IMG/VR virus record: IMGVR_UViG_3300008262_000013
Reading direction: 5' to 3' (one strand)
DNA length: 64,000 nucleotides
DNA from: a virus
Taxonomy: Duplodnaviria > Caudoviricetes
Positions 45,838-56,192 of this stretch are shown piece after piece; position 1 is the first letter of the stretch; each line of letters starts with the position of its first letter. Below the pieces are notes generated by a model that saw only the letters and a program-made list of their open reading frames with translations, searched no databases and was not told the origin of the DNA. A program made the translations under genes and the position numbers.

Positions 45838-46202
45838 CAACCTACGTCAACAGTGGTAACTTTGAACAAACAACAATTGATGAATTCTCAGGACCAAAGA
45901 TAACTTCAATTACTGTAACGAACAGTAGTTATGTTGCCACTGGAGCAACAACAATATCTACAAGTGGTGGATATGTACAAATAGTAGGAACAAGTTTTAG
46001 CAGTCCAATGCAGGTGTTTTTGGATCCAACAGGAACAAATAGAATTCAAAGTACAACTGCTGCAACATCAGTAACATATGTGAACTCAACTACAATTAAT
46101 GTACAACTACCAGCAAAAGCCGCAGGAAATTATACTTGTTTTGTTGTAAGAACGTCAGACGGACAATTTGCAACAAAAATTAACGGATTAACATACGCAT
46201 GA
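45834..46202 (+). CDS. Stand-alone IPT/TIG-like domain protein
   Basis: GGYVQIVGTSF..VTYVNSTTINVQLPAKAAGNY; duplicates N-terminus of next gene. Confidence 0.65.
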   Translation: MTTYVNSGNFEQTTIDEFSGPKITSITVTNSSYVATGATTISTSGGYVQIVGTSFSSPMQVFLDPTGTNRIQSTTAATSVTYVNSTTINVQLPAKAAGNYTCFVVRTSDGQFATKINGLTYA

Positions 46203-49200
46203 CACAAAAAATTACATCGGTCAATATTGAAGCAACTACATTAAGTTCATTTACGGGACCAACAATATCCAGTATTGCTATTGCCAATTCAACTTACGTT
46301 TTATTAGATGATACCGCAGTTTCAAATGCTGGTGGTTATGCTGTCATTACAGGAAGTAACTTCACAAGTGGCGCCCAAGTTTTATTTGGTAGTACACCAG
46401 CAACAGCAGTTACTTTTGTTAATTCAACTACATTAAATGTTCAAGTGCCTGAATTGACAGCAGGTAGTTACGTTACCTATGTACAAAATGCGGATGGTTC
46501 TACTGCAATCAGGTTGAATGGTATCACCTCAAGTCCTATACCTGTTTGGGCTACAGGAAGTACATTGACACCTCAAACTGATGGTGTTGCTATTTCTGTT
46601 CAATTATCGGCAACATCTGATTCGAGTGTTGTATATTCTGTAGCTAACGGCAGTTCTTTGCCTTCTGGAACAACATTAGATTCAAATGGTTTGTTTAGTG
46701 GTACGATTTCTGGATTAAGTGGTGATACAACATATAATTTTAGTGTAAATGCAATTGATGCTGAAAATCAAGAAACACTAAGATCATTCAGTGTAACGGT
46801 GGTTTCAGGAGATCCGTTTTTTAAAGATACTGTATTGTTGTTGAATGGTGAAACAAGTAATAATACATGGATTACTGATGTAAGCACAAATAAATTTGCA
46901 CTTACGGTGGCTGGTGATACACGACCAAACGCATTTAGTCCGTATGGAACTGTTCGGAGTAATTATTTTGACGGTACTGGTGATTGGTTATCATTAACAA
47001 GCCAAGCTAATCTAGCATTAGGCACTACAGATTTTACAATAGAATTTTGGGTTTATATAGCATTAAATACGATACCAACTAATATTACATTTTACGATCA
47101 ACGTAACAATACCAATGGATTTTCAGTGGTGCAGCCTGTTATTGAGTTGACTTCGGGTACTGGATATGCATGGTATTCCGAAGCCGCAAATAAGATAACA
47201 ACAGGTACTTCCGTAGTAAGATTAAATGCATGGCAACATGTGGCTGTATCTAGGTCGGGTACTACTACTAGAATGTTTATAGATGGAGTTCAAGCTGGAA
47301 GCAGTTTCACTGATACACTAAATTATCCAGCAGGAAGTCTTAATATAGGTCGAGCAAACGATGGAGTAAGTACTAGGAATCATACTGGATATATCTCCAA
47401 TCTTAGAGTAGTAATAGGAACTGCACTTTACACATCAACTTTTACACCCTCAACTTCACCATTAACAGCAATTACAAACACACGTTTATTAACCTGTCAA
47501 TCTAATCGTTTAATTGATAATAGTACAAATAACTTTACAATTACAAGAAACGGTGATGTATTAGTAAGCAACTTTGGTCCTTTTGTTGAAACAGACACAA
47601 CAACAGGCAGTGGTTATTTTGATGGTACTGGAGATTATATAGATGCACCAAGCAATGTAGCATTTACACTTGGTACATCAGATTTTACAATAGAAGGTTA
47701 TCTATACTTAATTTCAGGAACCACGGGAACACTGTATGATTCAAGAACAGGCTCGACTACAATATCTCCAGTGATATATTTAAACGCCGGAGCGTTAACT
47801 TATTTTGTTGCAGCGAATAGAATTGGTGGACCTACACTAGTTGCTGGACAATGGCATCACATTGCAGTTTCACGAAGTGGAACAAGTACAAAATTGTTTT
47901 TAAATGGAGAACAAGTAGGATTAACATATACTGATACGAATAATTATGTTATAGGTGGCCCAAAAATTGGAGCTGGATATAACAACACTAACCTGTTGAA
48001 CGGTTATATTTCTAATTTAAGAGTATTAAAAGGTACTGCATTATACACATCAAACACTGCGCCACCAACTGCACCATTAACCGCAACAGCGGATACGAGT
48101 TTACTTACATTACAATCACGCATTGGTGAAAACAATAATAGATTTATCGATACTTCTGGTATAAACAGTATTATAACAAGAAGTGGTAATACCTCACAGG
48201 GAACATTTAGTCCGTTTCAGATAGGCGGTTGGAGTAATTTTTTTGATGGTACGGGAGATTACATTTCTACAGCTGATAATGCAGTTTTGAATCCAGGAAC
48301 TCAAGATTTTGTCATGGAAGCATGGGTTTATTTTACAGGTACAACTGGTGCCAATCAAGGTATAAACGGCAAAGGAACTGCGGGCACCAATGGATATTCA
48401 TTCTTTATAACGAACGCTCTAGTCTTAAGTTTCATTTGGAATGGAACGGGCGGAACAACAATTACTGGAGGAACACTCAGTTTAAATACATGGAATCATG
48501 TCGCTGTTGTAAGAAATAATAGCGTAATTCGATTATATTTGAATGGTGTGGGAGCAGGATCTTCTACTGCATGTACAACTGATATAACATCTACCGCTAT
48601 CAAATATATTGGCCAAGCTCGTGGTGCTAATCCTATGTTAGGTTACATAAGTAACTACAGAATGATGAAGGGTTCGCGTCCCTCTGGATATGATGCTACA
48701 TCGTCATCACTTACAGTACCGTCATTACCATTAACTGATGTCGCTAACACTTCAATATTAACTTGTGCTGATAATGCATTTATTGATGATAGTCCAAATA
48801 ATTTTGCGATTACACGTAACGGTGATGCATCGGTGCAACCGTTTAATCCATTTAAAGCACATACAATAGTACCCAATACTCGTAGTGTTTATTTTGATGG
48901 GACAGGGGATTATCTGTCTACCCCAGACAGCACTGCTTTTGATTTTGGTACTGGGTCATTAACTGTAGAAGCGTGGATTTATACTGGTGTAAAAGTTGAT
49001 TATCAAAGTATTGTTGGTTCTTTTGACGGTTCCAGTAATGGGTGGTATTTACACACAAATTCATTAGGAACTATTACATATGGACTAACTCCAAGTGCCC
49101 CATATAATGGAACGATCCAAGTTTGCAACAATGCATGGAATCACATTGCGATGGTTCGTAATGGGTCAAGTGCTTTAGCGTTGTATGTTAATGGGGTGTT

Positions 49201-50710
49201 AGACAGCTCGCAGACTAATAGCACAAATATAAATAATAATGCTGAAGTCAGGGTTGGAAGCCTTAGTGCTGGAGCAACTAGGTTTTTCAATGGGTATATT
49301 TCCGGTGTCCGTGTTGTTAATGGCACGGCTGTTTACACGTCGGCGTTCACACCCCCCACAGCACCACTCACCGCGATTGCAAATACAAGTTTATTGACTT
49401 GTTCCAGTAACACAATCGTAGACTTAAGTACAGCAAATACAGGAAATGTGCCACATACAATTACTATAAATGGCGATGCTCGACCAACCACTGTAAACCC
49501 ATTAGGATTTACAGTAACTAATGTAACAGGAACATCATCTGAATATTCTATCACCAATGAAGGTGGCAGTATGTACTTTGATGGTACAGGAGATTTTTTA
49601 ACCATACCAAGTAACGCAGCATTAAGTTTTGGTACTGCGCCACTTACAGTAGAATGTTGGATTTATCCTACAAGCACTGCTGCTGCAAATAAAATGATTT
49701 TAAATAGATGGAATGGTTCTAATGCTGATTCCTATCAATTATTTTTAAGAAGTAATAATAGAATATGTTGGCAAGTACATACTCAAAATAGTGCTGATGT
49801 AGCCGCACTTGATATTCCTATAAATTCTTGGACACACATAGCTTGGACTAGAGTTGGTACTAGTGGTTACTTGTATGTTAATGGTATTTTAAGAGATACC
49901 GCTACATTCAGTAATTCATCGAATGGAAATGGGATTGCAACTGTGGGTGCTGATCAAAGTGGCACTGCTCCTTTCTTTGGGTATATAAGTGATTTGCGTG
50001 TTACTAGGGGGGTTTCAAGATATACTTCAAACTTTATCCCACCATCAACTCCATTAACACCAGTAGCAAATACTACATTATTACTAAATGGTACTAATGG
50101 TTCTATCATTAATTATAGTAGAAAAAGTAATTTAGAAACTTTTGGTGATGTTAAAATTAGAAATGATGTGGTAAAATATGGAAACACATCGATGTATTTT
50201 GATGGCACAGATGATGCTCTTATCATGCCTTATTCACCAATCTTCAACTTAGGCACAGGACAGTTCACTATAGAATGTTGGGTGAATTTTAGTACTCTTT
50301 CTGGTAATAGACTGATTTTTGACACTTATACTGCAGCTTCCGCTGGTGGAGGATATCAACTTTACTGGAGAGGAACAGGTTCAAGTATTACTTTCTATGC
50401 AAATGGTGTTGTGGTAGCACAAAGTTCATTTACTAGTCATGCAATTGATACTTGGTATCACGTAGCAACAACTAGAGATTCTTCTGGAATCGTTCGTGTT
50501 TTTGTTGATGGTGTAATGTATGCATATGCTTCATATACAGCCACGATAGATATTGCTACAACTGCTCGACCTGGTGTAGGTATTCAAGTTGCAACTTTAA
50601 CTAATGATTTCCATGGATACATAGATGATTTGAGAATTACTAAAGGTTTTTCTAGGTATTCATCGAATACAAGTTTTACGCCACCTACAATAGCATTTTC
50701 AAGAAGATGA
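46199..50710 (+). CDS. Large adhesin/tail-fibre protein: IPT/TIG, Ig-like, six LamG/ConA repeats
   Basis: Six S-x-[YF]-FDGT[GD]D starts each followed by FTIE.W, W.HVAV.R, GYISNLR. Confidence 0.85.
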   Translation: MTQKITSVNIEATTLSSFTGPTISSIAIANSTYVLLDDTAVSNAGGYAVITGSNFTSGAQVLFGSTPATAVTFVNSTTLNVQVPELTAGSYVTYVQNADGSTAIRLNGITSSPIPVWATGSTLTPQTDGVAISVQLSATSDSSVVYSVANGSSLPSGTTLDSNGLFSGTISGLSGDTTYNFSVNAIDAENQETLRSFSVTVVSGDPFFKDTVLLLNGETSNNTWITDVSTNKFALTVAGDTRPNAFSPYGTVRSNYFDGTGDWLSLTSQANLALGTTDFTIEFWVYIALNTIPTNITFYDQRNNTNGFSVVQPVIELTSGTGYAWYSEAANKITTGTSVVRLNAWQHVAVSRSGTTTRMFIDGVQAGSSFTDTLNYPAGSLNIGRANDGVSTRNHTGYISNLRVVIGTALYTSTFTPSTSPLTAITNTRLLTCQSNRLIDNSTNNFTITRNGDVLVSNFGPFVETDTTTGSGYFDGTGDYIDAPSNVAFTLGTSDFTIEGYLYLISGTTGTLYDSRTGSTTISPVIYLNAGALTYFVAANRIGGPTLVAGQWHHIAVSRSGTSTKLFLNGEQVGLTYTDTNNYVIGGPKIGAGYNNTNLLNGYISNLRVLKGTALYTSNTAPPTAPLTATADTSLLTLQSRIGENNNRFIDTSGINSIITRSGNTSQGTFSPFQIGGWSNFFDGTGDYISTADNAVLNPGTQDFVMEAWVYFTGTTGANQGINGKGTAGTNGYSFFITNALVLSFIWNGTGGTTITGGTLSLNTWNHVAVVRNNSVIRLYLNGVGAGSSTACTTDITSTAIKYIGQARGANPMLGYISNYRMMKGSRPSGYDATSSSLTVPSLPLTDVANTSILTCADNAFIDDSPNNFAITRNGDASVQPFNPFKAHTIVPNTRSVYFDGTGDYLSTPDSTAFDFGTGSLTVEAWIYTGVKVDYQSIVGSFDGSSNGWYLHTNSLGTITYGLTPSAPYNGTIQVCNNAWNHIAMVRNGSSALALYVNGVLDSSQTNSTNINNNAEVRVGSLSAGATRFFNGYISGVRVVNGTAVYTSAFTPPTAPLTAIANTSLLTCSSNTIVDLSTANTGNVPHTITINGDARPTTVNPLGFTVTNVTGTSSEYSITNEGGSMYFDGTGDFLTIPSNAALSFGTAPLTVECWIYPTSTAAANKMILNRWNGSNADSYQLFLRSNNRICWQVHTQNSADVAALDIPINSWTHIAWTRVGTSGYLYVNGILRDTATFSNSSNGNGIATVGADQSGTAPFFGYISDLRVTRGVSRYTSNFIPPSTPLTPVANTTLLLNGTNGSIINYSRKSNLETFGDVKIRNDVVKYGNTSMYFDGTDDALIMPYSPIFNLGTGQFTIECWVNFSTLSGNRLIFDTYTAASAGGGYQLYWRGTGSSITFYANGVVVAQSSFTSHAIDTWYHVATTRDSSGIVRVFVDGVMYAYASYTATIDIATTARPGVGIQVATLTNDFHGYIDDLRITKGFSRYSSNTSFTPPTIAFSRR

Positions 50711-50759
50711 AAAAATTAATTTTCGATTTAGATAAATACTCTATCAGTAAATTTCAATA

Positions 50760-50900
50760 ATGTGGGCACTTAATACATTTTTCTTTTTCATCATTCTGAT
50801 AGGTATTAGAACAGGCCAATTTTTACCTACATTTTTAAGTTTAATAGTTTATATTATACTCTTAACAATTTGGGAAAACGAAATACGGGAAACAGACTAA
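50760..50900 (+). CDS. Small hydrophobic ORF (46 aa)
   Basis: Downstream of GATAAATA (50731); no clear RBS. Confidence 0.35.
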   Translation: MWALNTFFFFIILIGIRTGQFLPTFLSLIVYIILLTIWENEIRETD

Positions 50901-50901
50901 A

Positions 50902-51096
50902 ATGAGTCCAAAAATATTAGAAGAAGCTTTTAACGGTGCAAAACAAATGTACGAATCTGGTGATGTCACTAGAAACGACTATTTGAACATGTTAAAAAGT
51001 ATCGATACCGAAAAAATACCTTCTACTCCAGAAAATGATATCAAAAAACAAGAATTGAGAATTTTGATTGATGATGCCATTTTTACGGTAGAATAA
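50902..51096 (+). CDS. Hypothetical protein
   Basis: ORF abutting neighbours. Confidence 0.55.
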   Translation: MSPKILEEAFNGAKQMYESGDVTRNDYLNMLKSIDTEKIPSTPENDIKKQELRILIDDAIFTVE

Positions 51097-51097
51097 G

Positions 51098-51535
51098 ATG
51101 TTGCAAGATCAAGACGAAGTTAATCTTAAGGTAGATGTGAGTGTACTTAAAGAAAAAGTATCGACATTAACAATACTTTGTGATAAAATGGACAGAGTAA
51201 TGGAGAAATTGGCAGATAGTCAATTAGACTTGTCCTCACAAATTTACAAAGATATGGACAAAAGAAAAGAAGAAACAATCGGCGATATTAAAGAATTGCA
51301 TTCCAGAATTACCACGACAGATAGAAATCTTTCCGATAAGATAGAACTTACCGAGCGTAGAATTATGGATGAAATCAAATCTCTACGCGACCATATTACC
51401 GAACATAATCAAAAAGAAGATGATGATATGAAAACACTCACCCAATGGAAATGGATGATTGCTGGTGGGGTAATAATCTTAGCTTGGGTAATCTCCAACA
51501 TTAAATTTGAGTCATTGGTAAAGTTGTTTATATAA
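51098..51535 (+). CDS. Coiled-coil protein with C-terminal TM helix
   Basis: Heptad-rich body; QWKWMIAGGVIILAWVI. Confidence 0.65.
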   Translation: MLQDQDEVNLKVDVSVLKEKVSTLTILCDKMDRVMEKLADSQLDLSSQIYKDMDKRKEETIGDIKELHSRITTTDRNLSDKIELTERRIMDEIKSLRDHITEHNQKEDDDMKTLTQWKWMIAGGVIILAWVISNIKFESLVKLFI

Positions 51536-51536
51536 C

Positions 51537-51565
51537 TTGATACTTCATCAAGTTTCTGTTATAAT
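51537..51565 (+). promoter_or_regulatory. sigma70-type promoter for primase operon
   Basis: TTGATA-17 bp-TATAAT with TG extension. Confidence 0.78.
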
Positions 51566-51593
51566 AGTCGTTCATTAAATAATTTACTATATT

Positions 51594-52625
51594 ATGTCTC
51601 TGTCTATTGATGTGAAGTATTTGCGGTTAATTTCTTCTCGTTTGCGTAACTTCAAACAGAAAGATACTAACCTATTCAATTTTTCTTGTAACTTCTGTGG
51701 TGATTCACAGAAAAATAAATCTAAAGCTCGAGGATATGTTTTCGAGAAATCTGGTGGTTTATTTTACAGATGTCACAATTGTGCAGCGAGTACGAACCTT
51801 GGCAATCTTATTAAACACACCGACTCAGCCTTATATCAAGAATATATCCTTGAGAGATACAAGGCCGGCGAATCAGGTAACTCCAATTACCAAAAGCCAA
51901 CTTTCGACATACCACAACCCAAATTTGATAAGATCAAAAAGCAAACAACATTCGAATACGCAGATAGACTTTCGGACTTGCCTTCTGGACATTTTTGTTT
52001 AACATACGTACAAAAAAGAAAAATACCAGAAAAGTTTTTTGATAACCTCTATTTCACAACCAACTATGAGAAGTTCATTAAGAAACTCATACCTGATTGT
52101 GATAAAGAATTAGTACCTGATGCTCGTCTAGTTATACCTTTCTATGACCATTACAATGAATTAATCGCTGTAACTGGTCGATCATTGGAATCTGGAAGTA
52201 AAGTGCTTCGTTATGTTACCGTGAGAACAAACGATTCAAAAGATAAGTTATTGTTTGGTATGGATACAGTTGATTTAAATCAACCAGTAAGAATTGTAGA
52301 AGGCCAGTTAGATTCCTTGTTTCTAAATAACTGCATCGCTTCAGGTGATGGAAATCTTTCAATCGCAGCTAAGAATGTAGATTGCAAAGAAAAGATTCTC
52401 ATCTATGATAATGAAAAAAGAAATAAAGAAATTCTAAAGATGATGCACAATTCGATAGAATTAGGTTATAAGGTAGTGATATGGCCAGATTATATTGAAG
52501 CCAAAGATATAAATGAAATGGTAATGTCAGGCATTTCACCTGACGCAATTGAAGAAATTATAAGTAATAATACTTTTTCTGGTTTGGAAGCACAAACTAG
52601 ATTTACATTTTGGAAAAGAGTTTAA
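51594..52625 (+). CDS. gp61: DNA primase gp61
   Basis: Zn finger CNFCGDS..CHNC, VEGQLDS, YDNE, KDINEM. Confidence 0.95.
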   Translation: MSLSIDVKYLRLISSRLRNFKQKDTNLFNFSCNFCGDSQKNKSKARGYVFEKSGGLFYRCHNCAASTNLGNLIKHTDSALYQEYILERYKAGESGNSNYQKPTFDIPQPKFDKIKKQTTFEYADRLSDLPSGHFCLTYVQKRKIPEKFFDNLYFTTNYEKFIKKLIPDCDKELVPDARLVIPFYDHYNELIAVTGRSLESGSKVLRYVTVRTNDSKDKLLFGMDTVDLNQPVRIVEGQLDSLFLNNCIASGDGNLSIAAKNVDCKEKILIYDNEKRNKEILKMMHNSIELGYKVVIWPDYIEAKDINEMVMSGISPDAIEEIISNNTFSGLEAQTRFTFWKRV

Positions 52626-52626
52626 C

Positions 52627-53295
52627 ATGAAAGTTAATTTGATTAGTTATTCACAAATAGCACGAACATCAGGTGGTGGCATTGAAAAAGATTTACAAGA
52701 GTTAGTCGCTTTCTGTGCAAGAGTATCAAATCCCAGTAACCAATCAAATAAAGAAACAAGTGAGAAGTTAATTCGTTATCTCATCAAAAACCAACACTGG
52801 TCACCTTTAGAGATGGTGAGTATGTGTTTAGAAATTGAAACCACAAGAGATATTGCTAGACAGATGCTTCGTCACCGTTCTTTTTCTTTTCAGGAATTTT
52901 CACAGCGTTATGCTAATCCTGTAGAAGATTTGGATTTTGTGTATCGTGAAGCTAGATTACAAGATACAAAGAATCGACAAAATTCTATTGAAACGAATGA
53001 TGATTACTTGCAAGAAAGATGGGAATCAGAACAAGCATCAGTAATTCTAAGAGCAAAACAAGCGTATGAGTGGGCTATAGAAAATGGTCTTGCAAAAGAA
53101 CAAGCCCGTGTAGTTTTGCCAGAAGGTCTAACAGTATCACGTTTGTATATGAATGGAACCTTGCGTAGTTGGATACACTACATACAGTTACGTTCAGCAA
53201 ACGGCACACAAAAAGAGCACATGCTCATCGCACGTAAATGTGCAGAAGTAGTTGCCAAAGTATTTCCGATGGCAAAAGAATTCACAGAAAATTAA
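52627..53295 (+). CDS. thyX: Flavin-dependent thymidylate synthase
   Basis: HWSPLE, RHRSFSFQEFSQRY, QARVVLP, LRSWIHY..LR. Confidence 0.96.
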   Translation: MKVNLISYSQIARTSGGGIEKDLQELVAFCARVSNPSNQSNKETSEKLIRYLIKNQHWSPLEMVSMCLEIETTRDIARQMLRHRSFSFQEFSQRYANPVEDLDFVYREARLQDTKNRQNSIETNDDYLQERWESEQASVILRAKQAYEWAIENGLAKEQARVVLPEGLTVSRLYMNGTLRSWIHYIQLRSANGTQKEHMLIARKCAEVVAKVFPMAKEFTEN

Positions 53296-53318
53296 TAACA
53301 ATAAAATTGGAGCAGCGA

Positions 53319-55115
53319 ATGGAAGATATCATCAATGGTATTAAGGTAGACTATTCTCAAGATAGTTTGTTTGATGAGTTGGGTGTAAAAAGATTAAAAG
53401 AATCTTACATGAAAGAGGAAGAAAACTCTCCACAAGAAAGGTTTGCATATGTTTCAAAAGCTTTTAGTTCAAATGAAGAACATGCACAAAGACTTTATAA
53501 TTATAGTAGCAAGCATTGGCTTAGTTATTCTACTCCCATTCTTAGCTTTGGCCGTAGTAAGCGTGGCCTTCCTATCTCTTGTTTCTTACCTTATTTGGAT
53601 GATAGTGCTGAGGGCTTGGTCGATACGTTATCGGAAGTCAACTGGCTTTCAATGTTAGGAGGAGGAGTTGGAATTGGTCTTGGTATTCGTTCTGCTGATG
53701 ATAAGTCTGTTGGCATTATGCCTCACTTGCGTACCTATGACGCTTCTTCTTTGGCGTATAGGCAAGGTAGGACCCGCCGCGGTTCTTACGCTGCTTATCT
53801 TGATATTAGTCATCCAGATATTCTTATTTTCTTAGAGATGCGTAAACCAACGGGTGATCAAAACATGCGTTGTTTGAATTTACATCACGGAATTAACATT
53901 ACAGATGACTTCATGCATTTAATTGAAAAGTGTATGTTAGACCATGATGCAGATGATACATGGGAACTAAAAGATCCACATAGTGGTGAAGTACGTGACA
54001 AAGTTTCTGCGAGAGAATTGTGGCAACGTGTACTTGAAATGCGTATGATGACGGGTGAACCATATTTGCATTTTATTGATACAAGTAATCGTGCAATGCC
54101 AGAATTTCAAAAGAAATTAGGTCTATCAATTAAACAAAGTAATCTATGCAGCGAAATTATTTTACCAACCGACAAAGAAAGAACTGCTGTTTGCTGTCTT
54201 TCGTCATTGAATTTGGAGTATTTTGATGAGTGGAAAAATGATAAACTTTTTTTACGGGACACGGCTGAAATGCTGGATAATGTACTTCAGTACTTTATTA
54301 GCAATGCTCCTGATCACATTAGCCGAGCCAGGTACTCTGCTATCCAAGAGCGCAGCATTGGTGTGGGGGCTCTTGGTTTTCACGCTTATCTACAGAGAAA
54401 TGGCATACCGTTTGAGTCGGCGCTGGCAACATCTTCAAACAATAAAATATTTAAACACATACGAGAAGGATTAAATGAAGCGAATCTTCAATTGGGTGCT
54501 GAACGAGGTGAAGCACCGGATGCTAGAGGCACCGGACTACGTTTCAGTCATCTTATGGCCATTGCTCCTAATGCTTCTAGCTCTATTATCATGGGCAATA
54601 CTAGCCCTTCTGTTGAGCCTTATCGTGCCAATGCCTATAGACAAGATACTCTTTCTGGAGCCTACTTAAATAAAAATAAGTATTTGGATAAGTTAATCAA
54701 GGAGAAATGTGATGCCGACAGCAAATTGGATTATCAAGAAATCTGGTCATCTATCATTGCAAACGATGGTTCCGTCCAACACTTGGATTTCTTGGATGAA
54801 TGGACCAAAGATGTCTACAAAACTAGTATGGAAATTGACCAAAGATGGATTGTGGACCACGCAGCTAACAGACAAAATTACATTGACCAGGCGCAATCCA
54901 TTAACCTCTTTTTTAGACCTGATGTAAATGTAAAGTATCTACATGCTGTACACTTTCAGGCTTGGAAACAAGGACTCAAAACACTTTATTACTGCCGTAG
55001 TGAGAAATTGGCTAAAGCAGATAAAGTGTCAAAGAGAATCGAAAGAAAAGTGATCGAAGAAATTGATTTGAAGGCTTTAGCAACAGAAGATGTTTGTTTA
55101 GCTTGCGAAGGATGA
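53319..55115 (+). CDS. nrdA: Ribonucleotide reductase class Ia alpha subunit (no ATP cone)
   Basis: STP, PISCF, GGGVG, SNLCSEI, APNASSS, C-terminal CLAC. Confidence 0.96.
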   Translation: MEDIINGIKVDYSQDSLFDELGVKRLKESYMKEEENSPQERFAYVSKAFSSNEEHAQRLYNYSSKHWLSYSTPILSFGRSKRGLPISCFLPYLDDSAEGLVDTLSEVNWLSMLGGGVGIGLGIRSADDKSVGIMPHLRTYDASSLAYRQGRTRRGSYAAYLDISHPDILIFLEMRKPTGDQNMRCLNLHHGINITDDFMHLIEKCMLDHDADDTWELKDPHSGEVRDKVSARELWQRVLEMRMMTGEPYLHFIDTSNRAMPEFQKKLGLSIKQSNLCSEIILPTDKERTAVCCLSSLNLEYFDEWKNDKLFLRDTAEMLDNVLQYFISNAPDHISRARYSAIQERSIGVGALGFHAYLQRNGIPFESALATSSNNKIFKHIREGLNEANLQLGAERGEAPDARGTGLRFSHLMAIAPNASSSIIMGNTSPSVEPYRANAYRQDTLSGAYLNKNKYLDKLIKEKCDADSKLDYQEIWSSIIANDGSVQHLDFLDEWTKDVYKTSMEIDQRWIVDHAANRQNYIDQAQSINLFFRPDVNVKYLHAVHFQAWKQGLKTLYYCRSEKLAKADKVSKRIERKVIEEIDLKALATEDVCLACEG

Positions 55116-55125
55116 TTGATATAAA

Positions 55126-55764
55126 GTGTCAACAATTGCATTATTTGTGCAACACCCGAAATGTTCGGTTCAATCGTGCAATGGTATAATCAAAGCACTA
55201 GGACCGAACTATACATATAAATTATTTACTAAACATGAAATCGAAAACGACTTTTTTGATAATGTGGATCTCTTGTGTTTTCCTGGTGGTGTTGGCGACA
55301 GTGATGCTTTCGATACATATTTTAGGCATCACGGGAGTTTTATCCTTGACTACATCAAATCTGGTGGCAGATATCTTGGGATATGTATGGGTGCCTATTG
55401 GGCTGATAAACATTATTTTAATATACTGTACGGAGTTGAATCAAAACAATATATTAAAAGACCAAACACCTGTACCAGACGATCATACAGTAAAGCAATT
55501 GAATGTAACTGGAACGGCACAGATGATAGATTCTTCTTTTACGATGCACCTACATTTATCGGAGAAGAATCGAATTATGAAGTTGTAGCGAGATATAAAA
55601 ATGGAGATCCAGCCGCAATTATACAAGGTCGTATAGGTTTGATTGGACCCCATCTCGAAGCAGAAGAATATTGGTATGATAAACCTTATTTGCATCGTCA
55701 CTGGAATAATGGTAAACATCATACATTATTAAAACAATTTGTTGACAGATTGATGGAGAAGTAG
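55126..55764 (+). CDS. Class I glutamine-amidotransferase-like (BPL_N-like) protein
   Basis: FPGG, YLGICMGAY nucleophile elbow, GPHLE. Confidence 0.7.
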   Translation: MSTIALFVQHPKCSVQSCNGIIKALGPNYTYKLFTKHEIENDFFDNVDLLCFPGGVGDSDAFDTYFRHHGSFILDYIKSGGRYLGICMGAYWADKHYFNILYGVESKQYIKRPNTCTRRSYSKAIECNWNGTDDRFFFYDAPTFIGEESNYEVVARYKNGDPAAIIQGRIGLIGPHLEAEEYWYDKPYLHRHWNNGKHHTLLKQFVDRLMEK

Positions 55765-55765
55765 T

Positions 55766-55897
55766 ATGATAGGTGAAATCATTATGTGGGGTTTCTTTTC
55801 AGCATGGGGTTGGTTTGGTGCTTCATACATTAAAGAAAAAATATGGCCAGAAAAACCAGCAATAGTACAAGAGGAAAAAAAGAATGAGCAAAAGTAA
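55766..55897 (+). CDS. Small membrane peptide (43 aa, not in track)
   Basis: GGAG RBS; MIGEIIMWGFFSAWGWFGA. Confidence 0.55.
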   Translation: MIGEIIMWGFFSAWGWFGASYIKEKIWPEKPAIVQEEKKNEQK

Positions 55898-56048
55898 AGA
55901 TTACAGCAATTTTGAAACACAAAAAGAAATATTATTGGATTATTTACAAGTAATGATTGCGATTGAAGATTGGCATGGCGTATCAGATGTGGCAAACGAT
56001 TTGCGTGAATTGGAAGCAAAACAAAATGTAAATTACAAAAGCAAATAA
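55884..56048 (+). CDS. Small hypothetical (54 aa, not in track)
   Basis: GAGG RBS; EDWHGVSDVANDLRELE. Confidence 0.55.
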   Translation: MSKSKDYSNFETQKEILLDYLQVMIAIEDWHGVSDVANDLRELEAKQNVNYKSK

Positions 56049-56057
56049 GGAGATATT

Positions 56058-56192
56058 ATGGCTAAGCAAACCGGAACAAGTAAACACAAATCAGTACACA
56101 AAAGAACTAAACAGGGTGGACAGAAAAAAACCTCCTCCATGAATAAAACAGAAAAAACATCAAATAAAAAATATAGAGGTCAAGGTCGATGA
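56058..56192 (+). CDS. Small basic protein (44 aa, not in track)
   Basis: AAGGAG RBS; ends KKYRGQGR. Confidence 0.65.
   Translation: MAKQTGTSKHKSVHKRTKQGGQKKTSSMNKTEKTSNKKYRGQGR

Noticed and set aside
46199-50710. CRISPR array or DGR template/variable repeats
   Set aside because: Repeats are degenerate protein-domain repeats; no reverse transcriptase, no adenine-specific repeat pair and no spacer array seen anywhere in the window.
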